A stretch of DNA of 64,000 bases, from positions 253,711 to 317,710 of the forward strand of contig NW_005201912.1 in assembly GCF_000372725.1 (NCBI RefSeq), given 5' to 3'. Source of the DNA: Emiliania huxleyi CCMP1516 (Eukaryota). The notes under the pieces were generated by a model. It searched no databases. It was not told where the DNA came from and saw nothing but the letters and a program-made list of their open reading frames with translations. The first letter of the stretch is position 1, and every line of letters starts with the position of its first letter. A program made the translations under genes and the position numbers. Below, one piece after another: positions 11,742-25,200 of this stretch.

Positions 11742-13131
11742 TTCGAGCGAGCGGTTGGATGTGACCGCGGCCGCCGCCCGAGCGGGGCGAGTTCTTTTTT
11801 ACCACGTTGCATTGCGTTTTGCCTGTGGCGAGTAGAGACCACGCCTCACTTTTTCACACCGGGGTCCTTTTTGAAAAAGGACCACGCCTCACTTTTTCAC
11901 ACCGGTGCTTTTCGCTGCGCATGCTCGAGCCCCCGGCGAGGGCTTGTGCTGTGAATAGCAGGTGTGGTCTCTACTCGCCAGGTAGTGCTCTCTACTGCCG
12001 CGGCGCCCCTGTCGGTTCGGAGGCGCCCGGCGGCCGCGCGCTTGGTGCCGACGTCGACCGGCTGCTCTTGCGGCGCCGTGGCGTGCTTCGGTCAGTCACG
12101 TCACGCGCGCTGCGAGGTGTCTTTTGGCATGTGAGCGCTTGGCATAGACGCCAGGAAGCTCGCCTTCCTTGCCTGCGGCCGCGGGCGTGCGGGCGGGCAC
12201 GCCAGGCTCGGCGACGCTCCGCGCGGGTCTTCGAGGTTCGAGCTCGCGGCCCGCGACGAGCCAGCATGGCTCGTCGCTCGACGGGAGCCTGCCCAGCATG
12301 CTCTCGGCACTCTGTACAGCCTCGACAAGCTGTCTGGGAAGGCCGACAGGGCCAGGGCGGGCCGTCTCGGGCGCGATGGCGCGCTGACGATACTAGCATG
12401 ACAACGAGCTCTCGATCGGGTCACCGGCAGCGGGCTTGCGTGGCGCGCTGCTCGACGGCAGGCTGCTCTCCAACCTTTCAACAGTGTCTTTTACCTCGCT
12501 CCTCTCGCTGCAACCGCCTGCGGGGGCCGGCGCCGGCCGCCTCGCTTCGCCAGCGCTGCCTTGCCGCGAGGCCTGCTCCGCCTCCGAGGAGCCCAGAGCC
12601 CGTATATACAACTATAATGCGAGCAAGTGCATCTCTCCTTTGTTTGCACTATGACCTGTCCGCTGTCGCTGCTTCCCCGAGTATCGGATGGGCACCTTCA
12701 CGCTTCAGGCCAATGCACGTAGCACGAGGGGGTCTGTCAGTGGAACTTCACAGCTATGCCTTGCTCCTTTAGGTGCTCTTAGTATGTTCTGACTCATCCG
12801 TCCCTGACTGCCTGAGTACACTCCCTTCCTATTGTCTTGTACTCGGCGTCCTGTGGGTGTGTTCACAGTCTTGTGTGAATTTCGGCGTCCGCCGAAGTTC
12901 AAGGTCCGTCGGTCTCTTTTGACCGCGGCGTTAGAGAGAGTCTTTGCTTGTCATGCCTTTTGCCTTCTCTCTGGCGCTCCCGCTCCTGGCCGGTGATTAC
13001 ACCGACAACAGCCGTGAATTCACGCTAAGGCATCCCGCCTTCCCGCCACGTCTCGTTGCGTTCTGCCAGGTCTCTGCCCGCAGTTGCTGCTGCTCACGCT
13101 CTCGCCGCGCGGGAGCTATCAAACGGCCACG

Positions 13132-15170
13132 ATGGCACCACCTGCTCCAGCGCCCTACCGTCTTTCAAGCAAGTGGCTCCTCCTCCTTTCCGCCTGCGTG
13201 CAGAACGCCTCCTGCACGGGCCTCCTCTTTGGCTTCGCAGCGCTGCGGCCTCTGCTCCTCTCGCTCGACGGAAGCTGCGACGAGTCCGTCTCGCGGGCCT
13301 TTACGCTCGCCGTCACCGTCAACATGCTGGCGCCTCTCCTCCTCGCCGGACCGCTGCTCGACGTGTGCGGCCCGCGGGCCTGCTCCTGCGCCTGCACCGG
13401 CCTCGTCGGCGCCGGGTTCCTCCTGTTTGGCCTCTCGCCCTCCTTGCCTGGCGGCGCGGGCGCAGCCTACGTCCTGCCTTCGATGCTGCTAATCGGCGCC
13501 GGCGGGCCCGGCTGCCAGCTGTGCCTCTTCCACACAGCGAACCTGTTTGCGGCGCGCGGCATGGTTATGAACCTCATCACCGCCTCGATCGGCGCCTCCT
13601 TCGTCACGTTTGAGCTTCTGGCGCGGCTCAGCTCACCGGCGGAAGAGGTCTCGCTGCAGCGCGCCTTCCTCGGCTACTCGCTCCTCCCGCTCGCCTGCAC
13701 CTGCGTCAGCGCAGTCACCATGCCCGACTCGCCCTTTGACGCCAGGGTGGCCGACGGCGGCGCCGGCGCCACGGCGAGGCGGTCGCTTGCGTCTCGAGGC
13801 GGCGGAGGCGGTGGCGCAGAGGACAACGAGGTCGCCTCAACTCCGCCGCCCGAGACGCCGGCTCGGCCTTCTCCTCGGTCCTCCGCTCGTCGGGCTTCCG
13901 CCTCTGTGCGCGCCATCTCCCGCGGCGCCGCGCGAAGCCCGACGCCCCGCTCCTCGGGACTTGCTCCTCCCTGACACGTGCCTAGAGCCCGTCTGCAGGC
14001 GCGGCGCGGCCGATGGTCTTCATCCTGCGCAAGAGGTCCTCTCACAGGCCAGCCCTGCGCTCCGGACAGCTGAGCGAGCCGCTCCTCGGCCCGGCCCGTG
14101 CGGCGTGCGATCTCCGCGCAGAGTTGGACACGGACGGCGACGCGGCCACAGGCGGCGGCAAGGTGGGCAATGGCGGCGCGGGATACGGCGGCAAGGTGGG
14201 CGGCGGCAGCGGCGGCGGTGGCGGCAGCAGAGGGTGTGCGCAAGGCGAGCTGATCGGAGCGTCGCTCCGCAGGCAGCTGCTCTCTGCGCCGTTCGCCGAG
14301 GTTTCTGCGTCGTTCGCGACGAGCGCGCTTTTCTACCAAACTTTCCTCGGCAGCTTGGGCGAGCAGGCGCAGGCGACGATCCGGCAGCGGCAGCCGCTGC
14401 TCAGCGACGAGGAGGCGTCCGCACTCGCCGCCTCGTACGTCTCGACCTTCCTCTCCCTTGCCCCCCTCGGTGCGCTGCTCAACGCACCGCTCGGCTACTG
14501 CATCGACAGACTCGGCTTCGAGCCGATGCTCGCGGTCACATTGCTCGCCGGCGCCGGCCACGCGCTCGCCCTGTACTACGGCGCGTTTGCGGCGGGCGCC
14601 GCGGCGTTCCTGCTGCTCACCGCCGCCTCCTTCTCGTACATGTACGCCTTCCTCGCCTTCACGTTTGGCTTCGAGTACTACGGGCTTCTCGCGGGCATCG
14701 CCCAGTCGGTCGCGAGCGCCGCCACTTTTGCGCTTCAGCCGAGGCTCCACGCCGCTGCCGCCGGCCCGGGCGGTTGGCGCCGCGTCCAGCTCGCGCAAGC
14801 CGCGGCGTTTGCGTGCCTCGCCGTCGGCATCGTCGGCGGCCGGCTCCTCTGCCGCAGGGCGGGCGCGGCCGGCAGCCCGCAGGCCACCAGCCGGCGCAGC
14901 GAGGCGCGGCCGGCGGAACGATCGTACTCGGCCGGCGATTTGCATGCCACGCCGAGCAGCTTGCCGTTCAGACGGAGGCCGGACCTCTTCCCTCACGCCG
15001 ACGACATCTTGGTGATGGACGGCGCCCTCGCGCACTACTCGCACGCCGCGTACCGGCTCGAGGCGTCGATCGAGTCGCCCGGCCGCGACGGGCGGCAGGG
15101 GCAGCAGCTCACGCCGAGTAAGTTTGCGTCGCAGCTCGCTGTGGCCGCGGTGGCGCCGCCTCGCCCATAG
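13132..15170 (+). CDS. MFS transporter (SLC43/LAT3-like); intron 13925-13998 (GC-AG, 74 nt)
   Basis: Multiple hydrophobic helices, GLLFGFAAL, GPLLDVCGPR, GYCIDRLG and FGFEYYGLLAG; the intron joins ORFs 13084 and 14013 in frame. Confidence 0.8.
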
Positions 15171-16679
15171 TCTCCACTGTAGTGTTGAGTTGTCACTGTC
15201 GCTCTCCGAAGCTCCGATGTTGCACGTTTGTGCCCCCCATTCCGGGGGCCCAATCCGGATCGGGGTGTAAGTAAGAGTGTATTTATGTATGTAAAAGAGG
15301 GAAGCAGTCGAGACACGAGAGAGGACAGTGCGAAGAAATTTGCCCGGATCGGGACCTCTCTGCCCTACGCGCTCAGGCCCTCAGCGCGGTGATGCACGCA
15401 CAGACTCATCCTCTGCGCCTACGCTGCGCTAAAGATCTCGCCGCACACGGACCCACATCCGCGCGTCCAGTGCCAGCCTCCATCGACGGAGAGCGTGTAG
15501 AGTCTGTAATACAAAACAGGTGGAGGCAGCGTGACGTTTTGATCCAGTATACTCTAAACTATCTCTGAGCGCTGCGCTGAGAGCTGTCACCACTTCACAC
15601 TTCTCGCTCGCGACACCGCTTACTCGGAATAGCCTCCAAAACAGCAGGTGTTTGACGGAATCGTAAATTACTTATTGGCCACCAGGCTAGGCGCGAGCCG
15701 GCACATACACCACGATTACACCACGTGTAGAGTATCGGAAACACATCACGTCCAAAACGCCGATGACACAACTCTGTGGCGCGTGAGCTGCCCGCGACGA
15801 ATGTATTGACTAGCTGGGCGACACTCGCCTGCCGACAGATCCAGCTCACGGCGGTGAAGCGCGCCAGCGTGGCCTCTCAGCTCGCTCATGCCGGCCTCGT
15901 TGCCACGGCGAGAAGCGAGTCGCATGACATCCATAATTGACATTGGCGCGAGGCCGGGCAAGGCCTAGTGGAGCTAGTAGTCGCGCCCAATGTGTGCTCA
16001 TCAGAATGCTGCTTGTACTCATGCGGAGGAGCTGCCCATGCGAACAAAACATCACGAGCGAGGAGGTGCGCTCCGCTCGCGGGCAAGGGCAGAGCCCTCG
16101 CCGCGAGCCATCGAGCACTTCGGACTCGCGGCTATGACGAGTCTGTGGCCATGCTTCGACCGCGCGCCACGATGGATTCGTTCGAGCAAGAGATGCTGAT
16201 CTCCTCTTGGACGAGAGAGTCCGCAAAGAGAGAGCTGCGGCGCGCCAGGGCGCTGTGTCGCGAGGTGCAGACCGAGGCAATGTCGGTCTCCAGAGGCTCG
16301 CCGAAGGTCACAGAGCGAGGCGAGGTAGGCGATAGCAAGTCTGATGTGCCAGACGAGAGCAGGGCAGACGCGGGGACGGGGGAGCAGACGGCAGTGCCAG
16401 ACGAGAGCAGGGCAGACCCGGGGACGGGTGAGCAGACGGCATCGGCCGCCATATAACAATCATCGCGATCTGATGTCCAGAGCAAGGCTGGAACACGACC
16501 CGGACACTAAGATTTTTCTTTTTCAGGTATTTGATAAGCATATTAAAACAACGCTGCATGAAGATATCAGCCGCTCCCGATGATTTGCGCTCTGTCTGAG
16601 TCGAGGTGTGTCCGCTCCGCTCCTCTGTGCTCTGAGCTGAGCAACTGCAGGGAGCCCCCCATCGCCCACCCACCCATAC

Positions 16680-16995
16680 CAAACAACTACGCCTTCGGCA
16701 ACACCGAAGAGAAGGCCCGCCGCCTAAACATGGGCTGCAAGGCGCGCGCGGGCAGCCCGGCCAACCCTTCTCCCACAAGACCGGCCACGGCTACGTCAAG
16801 GCGCATCGCGGTTTCTACCACGACGCGATCTTTGTCAAGCGCAACAACTTCAACCTGCAGCTCCACGAGACGTTCGGCGGCGGCTTCTCGCCCACCGCCG
16901 TTCTCAAGCTGCGCCGCCTCGCGCGCAAAGTCGCGCGCGGCAGCGTTGACCGCACGGCCTACTCGCCCAAGTACTCGCTCTCTTTTATGCTGAGC
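16680..16995 (+). mobile_element. Frameshifted fragment resembling the C-terminal restriction-like endonuclease region of a non-LTR retrotransposon
   Basis: Translates across a frameshift to FGNTEEKARR...GFYHDAIFVKRNNFNLQLHETFGGGFSPTAVLKLRRLARK; ETFGG..A...L..LA resembles CRE/R2-type tails. By-eye call. Confidence 0.45.
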
Positions 16996-17000
16996 CGTGG

Positions 17001-17255
17001 TCTGACAGCCTGACAGCAAACCCCGGACAGCGCCTGACAGTGCCCGACAGCCTGACAGCGCTGACAGCACTTTCTCCGACAGTCTGACAGCACGTCTCTG
17101 ACAGCCTGACAGCAGAGCCTGACATCAGAGGCGTCCCGTCGCTGTCAGGCCCTAACGTGACAGCCTGACAGCTGCCCGACAGCCCGACAGCACACAGCGG
17201 CCTGACAGCAGCGCTGACAGCCCGACAGCCCGACCAGCCCGACAGCAGCACAGAC
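17001..17255. repeat. Array of C(T/C)GACAG heptamers, left
   Basis: More than 20 copies with variable short spacers. Confidence 0.9.
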
Positions 17256-17439
17256 CGTACTCAGGCCGTGCAGCCTCTTTCTTGTGTCCCATGAGGGTAT
17301 AGCAAAACTATTACATGCAAAGACATGTGTATGTGGTCCGCGCCTTCGATTCTGTGGAGTCCGCGCCAACCTCTGTGCACAGTCAGACCGGCTTCTTCAA
17401 GCAGCCGTGCTTGCACTTTCCTCTGGCTGACACCTATGT

Positions 17440-19300
17440 CCAGGGTGGCGCGTTGCTGGAGGAGCCGGGAGAGAAGGAGGATGATCCAAACGGCACACCC
17501 GATGCTGAGCCGGCCGAGCTGACCGCCATGGGCGCACAGGATGCTGCAGATGCCGAGGCCGTGCTGAACCAGCTGATGCGGACGGGGGCCAACGTGGCGC
17601 CTCCAACCGGCGGCGAGGAGGGCAGCAGCGCAGAGTTTTTTGAGGAGATCCGTAAGCTGCTGGCAGATTTCAACGTCTCCATCCAGGAGGAGTCAAAGGA
17701 TCGCAAGCTCCGCTTCCACGTCAAGCGGCTCATCAAGTCCCATCAGCAGCGAGGCGAGGATGTGGATGAGGAGCTCGACTTCTACATGGATGATGATGAC
17801 GGTGACCACGCCCTTGCCGCCTGTCACACACACACATAAGACGTGCATTCTCATCTCTCCCTCTTCTCCTTCTCTCCGCAGTTGCGGTGCTCTTCACCAT
17901 GGAGGACAGCTCCAAGGTCTTTGACATTGGCAACATCGAGCAGGTGGCCGTCGCCGACGGCACGGTAGACGCGCGCCGCTAGGGTGCCCACAGGACCCAA
18001 AAGAAAATAGCTTTCCGACTCAAAAAGGGACGCACGAGGCAAATCTGATGTTGGCCAGTTCCAATAGGAGCGAGGCCTCTTCCGTTGGGGGACCGAGTAC
18101 ATAGGAAACGAGGGTTCCCCGGTTTGTCACGCGCGAGCGCGAGCGTGACACTGCACTTGGCGCCGAGCGCCCGCGGCTCAGACCTTGTGCAGGCCACCCC
18201 TCGGTGGTCACGCCGGTCCGGACCGATGGCGCTCGGTGTGGAGCAAGCAAGACCCCCCCCCCCCCCCCCATCGGCGCGCGCTCGCCATTCCAACGGCCGC
18301 CAGGAGCACCAAGAGGACTCCTCATGGCTGTGACCAAGTGGGCTTCGACCGGCCTCGGCTGGGGGGGCGGGTTGTCCCGGCTGCGGACGCCTTCTGCAGC
18401 CCCCTGGGCCCGTGACAGCACCCCAAAACTGCCCCTCGGCGGCATACAGCACTGCCAGCCAGCCTCTTCCTCCTCCTCAAGGGCTGTACTATGGCCATAT
18501 TGCGCCGCCTCCTACTGGCAGCCGGGCGGGCGCGCGCCGCGCGCGCCTCGGCGCGCGCACGGCTCGCAAAGTTCGAACGAGTACTGCCGCCCGGCCGCCT
18601 CAAGGCTGCCGGGCGGCAGTACTCGCCTCGCAAGGCGCGCATCGGCTGATCTGGCTGCTGCGCCGGCGGCCGCTGCGCTGGCCGCTGCTGCGCCGGCTGG
18701 CGGGCGGTACGGCCGCCGGCGGCCGCTGCACCCGCGCCTTCCCTCGCGGGCGCCGTCGCGCCGCGCGCGCCCAACTCTTCTGGCACACGGCACGCGCGCG
18801 TCACACAGCCGCGGAGAACAGGCGGTGCAGCGCGCGAAGCGCGCGCGATCTCGTACTTTTAAGGCTGGATCCGGCCATTCCAAGGGTATACCTTTGAGAA
18901 TCCCCAGCGTCCCACCCTCCTAGTCACACTCTCAATTTCTCGACTGGCCAACACGAAGTGCTGCGATCGAGGGCGGCCCATTTCTTTTTTCCTTTCTTTT
19001 TTTGGGCCCTGTGGGCACCCTAGCGCCGCGCCGGCAGCTCGAGCGCAGAGTACCTGCGCCAGCTCTCGATGAGTCAGCGCAGCAACGGGGTCTTCATCAA
19101 CGACCCCAAGGGCCTCTTTATCCTCCGGTGGTACCGTGAGGTGAAGGGTGACGGGACCCCCCAGACGGCCCGCGCTACCAGAACAGAGCGTGCAAGTAGT
19201 ACAAGCTGACGAGCGACAACGATGGGGAGGCCTTCCGCTGGACCAGCAACTACCAGATCATCAGCAAGGTGTACCTGAAGAAGCACTCCCCCCTTCCTCT
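17440..19300 (+). pseudogene. Decayed unknown gene interrupted by a TIR element
   Basis: Coding-like frames on both sides of the insertion (VFDIGNIEQVAVADG... / YLRQLSMSQRSNGVFINDPKGLFILRWYREV) join in frame with a TAG at the junction. Confidence 0.5.
17982..19020. mobile_element. Non-autonomous DNA transposon (1,039 bp) with terminal inverted repeats
   Basis: Left end GGGTGCCCACAGGACCCAAAA, right end TTTTGGGCCCTGTGGGCACCC; flanked by TA (or CTAG) duplication; internal hairpin 18579-18626. Confidence 0.85.
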
Positions 19301-19450
19301 CTGCTATTCTCTCAGTGCGGCAGACAAGAAGATGGTGACATCCACCATGAAGAAGATGGTGGGACCGGAGGCAGAGTAGAGACTAGAGTATGTGCAGCAG
19401 AGTCCTGCTGGTCTCCTCTTGATAATGTCATAAGTGTGGCTGGTGTGTGT

Positions 19451-19745
19451 CAGAGCCTGACAGCACCCCGACAGCACCACCTGACAGCACCTGACAGCAA
19501 CAGCCCAACGTCTGACAGCAGCAGCAGCCTGACAGCTCTGACAGCTCCGACAGCGTCTGACAGCAACACCCGACAGCTCCGACAGCACCCGACAGCTACA
19601 GATCCCCTGATGTCAGACACGCACCCGACAGCACCCGACAGCACTGACAGCACCCGACAGCTGGTCTGACAGAGGCACCTGACAGTGCCTGACAGCTGCC
19701 CGACAGCCCGACAGATCACCTGACAGCACCTGACAGCCTGACAGC
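19451..19745. repeat. Array of C(T/C)GACAG heptamers, right
   Basis: Same motif and orientation as 17001-17255. Confidence 0.9.
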
Positions 19746-20318
19746 CAGGGCTCAGCTTTTATGTCCCACCATGCAGAGCGCATCTCTCTCTCTGTTGTGC
19801 GAGGCGTGAACCGCGCCATTCGCTCTCACCTGGCAACCCTGTCTGCACGTCTCGCGCGCGCGTGAACAGGGCAGTGTGTGAGTGTGTGTGCGCGCGCTGC
19901 CCTCGTTCACTTAACCCGCCCCAACCCGCCCTTTGGCGCCAAGTGTTCTAGCGCTCCCCTAGAGTGCCCAGGACCACCCTAGGGAGTATGAGGGTGTTGT
20001 ATTGGCTGCTTGCGCAAATACAGAGAGATATGGGGGCACATGGAGGCCGCCGTCACCAACGGTTAAACACCCCGGGGAGGCCCCAGAGCTAAGCATCCGA
20101 ACGCCTGACCCTCCCCTTAGTCGCAAGATGTGAGTGCACCCTAGGGCATCCAGTACTACTCTAGGGGGCATCAGTGTGTGGAATGTGATGCTGTTGGGTT
20201 CACACAGCAGTAAGGTGGCTCATAGAAGCCACCTGCACCCCGGTCCAAGCGAGCTCCCCGGGAGGCTCTTCACACGACAGCTCTCAACCGGCCCACACAC
20301 GCACACACACACACTCAC

Positions 20319-20641
20319 TCATCCAGAGACTGGAGGGAGCTGGCCATGGCAGTAGCCAACATGGTCCCAGCCTCCCTTGGCCACAGGCCTCCTGCACTTC
20401 TTGCAGAGGTTGACCTTGCACACGACGCAGCCCAACCGTGGCTCCGGGACACGCAGGCCGCTAGGCAGATAGAAGCGTGCGTGCCCCCCCGGCGTCTGCT
20501 GCGACGAGCCCTCCACCTCCTCACAGAGTAGCAGGCAGCCAGCACAGTGGCGACGGCGGTGGCGACAGCGGTGGCGAGGGTGGCGGGGAGGGTGGCGGGG
20601 AGGGTGGCGGGGCGAGAGGCGACAGCGGTGGCGCACCCTCG

Positions 20642-20688
<47 letters not shown>

Positions 20689-21034
20689 ACCTGTGCGCCA
20701 CGGAGAGGGCGGCGGAGGTGAGGGCGTCGGCGGCGGCGGTGGCGGCGGCGGTGGCGACAGCGGTGGCGACAGCGGTGGCGAGGGTGGCGGGGAGGGTGAC
20801 GGGGAGGGTGGCGGGGCGAGAGGCGACAGCGGCGGCGCACCCTCGCCCTCGTCCTCGTCCTCCTCCTCGCCCTCCTCGTCCTCCTCATCTGTGTGCCACG
20901 GAGAGGGCGGCGGAGGTGAGGGCGGCGGCGGCGGCGTCGGTGGCGACGGCGGCGGCGAGGGTGGTGGGGAGGGTAGCGGGGAGGGTGACGGGGAGGGTGG
21001 CGGGGCGAGAGGCGACAGCGGTGGCGCACCCTCG

Positions 21035-21087
<53 letters not shown>

Positions 21088-21229
21088 ACCTGTGTGCCAC
21101 GGAGAGGGCGGCGGAGGTGAGGGCGGCGGCAGCGGTGGCGACGGCGGTGGCGACAGCGGTGGCGAGGGTGGCGGGGAGGGTGGCGGGGAGGGTGGCGGGG
21201 CGAGAGGCGACAGCGGTGGCGCACCCTCG

Positions 21230-21270
<41 letters not shown>

Positions 21271-21631
21271 CTCCTCACCTGTGCGCCACGGAGAGGGCGG
21301 CGGAGGTGAGGGCGTCGGCGGCGGCGGTGGCGGCGGCGGTGGCGACAGCGGTGGCGACAGCGGTGGCGAGGGTGGCGGGGAGGGTGACGGGGAGGGTGGC
21401 GGGTCGAGAGGCGGGGAGGGTGGCGGGGCGGCGAGAGGCGAGAGCGGCGGCGCACCCTCGCCCTCGTCGTCCTCCTCGTCGTCCTCCTCGTCGTCCTCCT
21501 CACCTGTGCGCCACGGAGAGGGCGGCGGAGGTGAGGGCGTCGGCGGCGGCGGTGGCGGCGGCGGTGGCGAAGGTGACGGGGAGGGTGACGGGGAGGGTGG
21601 CGGGGCGAGAGGCGACAGCGGCGGCGCACGT

Positions 21632-21669
<38 letters not shown>

Positions 21670-21811
21670 CTCACCTGTGCGTCACGGAGAGGGCGGCGGG
21701 GGTGAGGGCGGGGGCGGCGGCGGTGGCGACGGCGGTGGCGACAGCGGTGGCGAGGGTGGCAGGAAGGATGACGGGGAGGGTGTCGGGGCGAGAGGCGACA
21801 GCGGCGGCGCA

Positions 21812-21852
<41 letters not shown>

Positions 21853-21994
21853 CTCACCTGTGCGTCACGGAGAGGGCGGCGGGGGTGAGGGCGGGGGCGG
21901 CGGCGGTGGCGACGGCGGTGGCGACAGCGGTGGCGAGGGTGGCAGGAAGGATGACGGGGAGGGTGTCGGGGCGAGAGGCGACAGCGGCGGCGCA

Positions 21995-22035
<41 letters not shown>

Positions 22036-22177
22036 CTCACCTGTGCGTCACGGAGAGGGCGGCGGGGGTGAGGGCGGGGGCGGCGGCGGTGGCGACGGCG
22101 GTGGCGACAGCGGTGGCGAGGGTGGCAGGAAGGATGACGGGGAGGGTGTCGGGGCGAGAGGCGAGAGCGGCGGCGCA

Positions 22178-22212
<35 letters not shown>

Positions 22213-25200
22213 CTCCTCACCTGTGTGCCACGGAGAGGGCGGCGGAGGAGGAGGGGTGATGGGGACAGCGGTGGCGAGGGTGGTGGGGAGGGTGCTGGGG
22301 TGGCGAGAGGCGAGGGTGGCGCACCGTTGTAAACCTTCATGATTTCGTTCTCGTGGTGCCATGAGTGTTGCCCGTCGCTGAAGAGCACGCGGTAACGCGT
22401 GCCCTCGAGCAAGAACGCGACGTCCGTGCAGCGCCCCTTCTCCTCGGGGTAGGCGGCGACCCCGACGAGCCTACCCCGCAGCCAGAGCCCGCAGCCGCCA
22501 GCGTTGCCGCCGCCTCCGTGCCACGACGCCTCGACGAATCCGAGAGACACAGCGGCGCGCCGCTCTCCCCTCGGCAGAGCGTTCCAGGTGTGCGGGACGC
22601 CGTCCCACACGTCGCCGTCCCATGACGCGTCGACGAAACCGAGCAGGGCTGCCTGCACCTGCTCGCGCTTGTCCAGCTGCTCCCAGGGGAGCTCGCACGG
22701 CAGCTGCCCACCGCACCCCCCGGCACTCCTCTCTGCATCGCGCTCCTCCCTCCCTGCCTCCTCTTCCCCCTCCTCCTCTCCGCTCTCCTCCATGACATCA
22801 TCAATCCTGTCCTCCCCCTCTCCCTCGTCGTCTGAGTCTAGCGCAGACGGGATGCGCGGCGGCGGCACCCCAGTCAGCTTGGTGAGCCGTCCAAGCTCGA
22901 GCCTGCCCGGCTGGGCCAGCGTGCCGGCGGCTGCGCGCAGATCTGCACTCGGCCCACCGAACCGGGCGCAGCCTGGCCTAGCCTTAAAGGCGGCCCGCAG
23001 GGCGTCCTCGTCGGCGTAGCCGGCCGGCGCCTCGCCGCCGCGTGCTGTGCCCGGCTCTCGCCAGCCGCCCGGCACGGGGTCCTCCCGCACCTCCGCCTCG
23101 TACGCAGAGTGTGCGGCAGCCCACCGCCGGCAATCGCTGAGGAAGAAGATGACCTCCTTGCTGCTGCGCTGCAGCCTCGGCGCGAGCGCGGCGACGACGA
23201 CGCCTAGCCATGTCGCCCCAGCGAGCGGCCGGTGGTCGCAGAGCGCCGCCAGCGCGACAGTGGCCGCCTCCCAAGTCAGGCCGCTGCTGTCCGCGCCGCC
23301 GCCGCGGCGCTGCCGCCGGACCCGCTGCCCGCCCGTCGGCGCGGCGGCCGCCGCTGCTCCGCCGCCCAGCCTCGAGTTGACGGTCAGCTCGTACGTGGCA
23401 GCGTGCTGCAGCGCCAGCAGCACGCCGCCGCGTTGCTGCTTCGCGGTGGGCGGGACGCGCGGCGGCCACTGGGCTGCGCCCAGCTTGCTGTAGCACTGCG
23501 TAGCCCGCGCCGCGTGCAACAAGTCGACGCCGACGTACGATCTGCCGCTCGGCAGCTCGAGCTTGTGCCGCGCGAGCTCGAGGAGGAGCACCTCGAAAGC
23601 GCGGCCCTCCTTCGCGTTGGTCCCGCCCCAAATGACGAGGGCGACGTCGGCGCAGCCGTTAAGCGCGCTTTCGAGCCACTCGATCGCCCGCGCGCCTACC
23701 GCCGCGAAGCCCTCCGACGCCTCCCGCTGCACGTCGTCGAAGGAGCGCTGGTGGACGGTGAGGCCTTGTGGAGACGAGGGCCGTTGACTGGTTAGGCTTG
23801 ATAGCGGCTTGTGCGAACGGGTGGTGGGGAGGTGGGCGAGGAGGAGGGGCAGAGAGGGTGGGAGAGGGCTAGGAGTGCGCGGGAGAGCGCTGGTAGGGCG
23901 GGCGAGAAGCGGGTCGAGAGAGGAGGTGGGGAGGCGGGAGAGCGGTGGGCGGGAGTGGGGGTGGCGGCGTGGCGGCTCGGGGGTGGCGGCTCGGGGTGGC
24001 AGGCGAGGGAGTGGCAGACGAGCGAGGGCGGGGAGGGAGTGGCTTGTGCGTCGCTAGCTCTCGCCTGCGGGTGGCGACGCCGTCACCTTGACGTACGAGT
24101 GGAACGAGTCGCTGACGCGCCCCTCCTCGTCGACGCGGCCCATGGCGAGGGAGACGGCGAAGGGAGACTTGCCGCCCGTCGACACAACGTCAACGGCGAT
24201 TAGGGCCCGGTGGGACGTCGGCGACCACACCTGCGCCGCCTCCCACTTCAGCTTAGTCGGCACGACGCAGCGAGGCTTGCGCGGCACCGCACCACCGTTC
24301 GGCACTTGCCAGACGGAGTCGACGCGGCCGCCAAGCGCCTAGCATGGAACGGGACACTCGCTGTCTCAGGCGACTGCAGCCGGGCGATTGCAATGCAGGA
24401 ACTACCTGCTCGATCAGCTGCGGGTGCTGCTGTCGAAACTCTTCGACGAGAGCGGAGGCGAGGTTGTCCTCGGGCTCGAAGGAGGAGTCGTAGGTCTCGT
24501 CTGTCGTCGGGTCGGGCTCCCACTCAATCTCGTACTCGAGCTTCCCGCCCCACACCCGCTTGAGCGCCAAGATCCTCCGCACCGCGTAAAGCGGTTCGCT
24601 CTCACTCGCGCTCTCGCCATCATCGGCGTCGCGCGAGCTGCTCGCTCCCGAGGGCGGCGAGAACCTACAGGGGTCGCGGCGCATCATGTGAGAGGAAAGT
24701 CAAGTGTCGCCGCTCTCGCCGCTCTCGCCGCTCGCCCGCCGCCGAAGGCACCCTCGCTCGGCGTCGTCGCGTCGCTCCTGTCGTCGTACATCGCCAAGAA
24801 ACGGTCCTCCTCCTCGCGCTGCTCCTCCTCGGCCTCATTGCGCGAGCGGGCCGTCGCCGCCTTGGCCGCCCGCGCGGGCGGTCGCCCCATCTGCTCCTTC
24901 TCGCTGTCGTAGTCGCCGTCGGAGAGCTCGCAGCGGTCGTACCCCGGCACCTCCCGCCTCTCCACCTCCTGCCCTGGCCGCGACCCGACGCCGCTCCGCG
25001 TGCGCCTCTTGCCCAGCAGCGCCGCGGACGGTGGCGGGTCGTTGCGCCGCCGCCCGCCAGGCGGCGCCGAGCGTGCCCGGCTAGAGGAGCCGCCAACGCC
25101 ACCCGCCGCCACCCTGCGCCTAGCACCGCCACCTGCCTCGGCAGCTGCCGACACCGCCGTCCTCCGCGCCGCGGGTGCCGCCGCGGGTGCCGCCGCAGGA

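Noticed and set aside
13674..15044. Long antisense ORF (and many similar ones, e.g. 4773-5861, 46299-47555)
   Set aside because: Shadow frames of real genes in high-GC DNA; no motifs.
16327..16442. 48-bp tandem duplication in a short ORF
   Set aside because: Real repeat, but no supportable gene or splice context.
19911..19920. TTAACCC piggyBac terminus
   Set aside because: No matching GGGTTAA end with an inverted repeat was found.
20477..22342. 621-aa and 570-aa plus-strand ORFs
   Set aside because: Stop-free frames produced by GC-rich tandem repeats.
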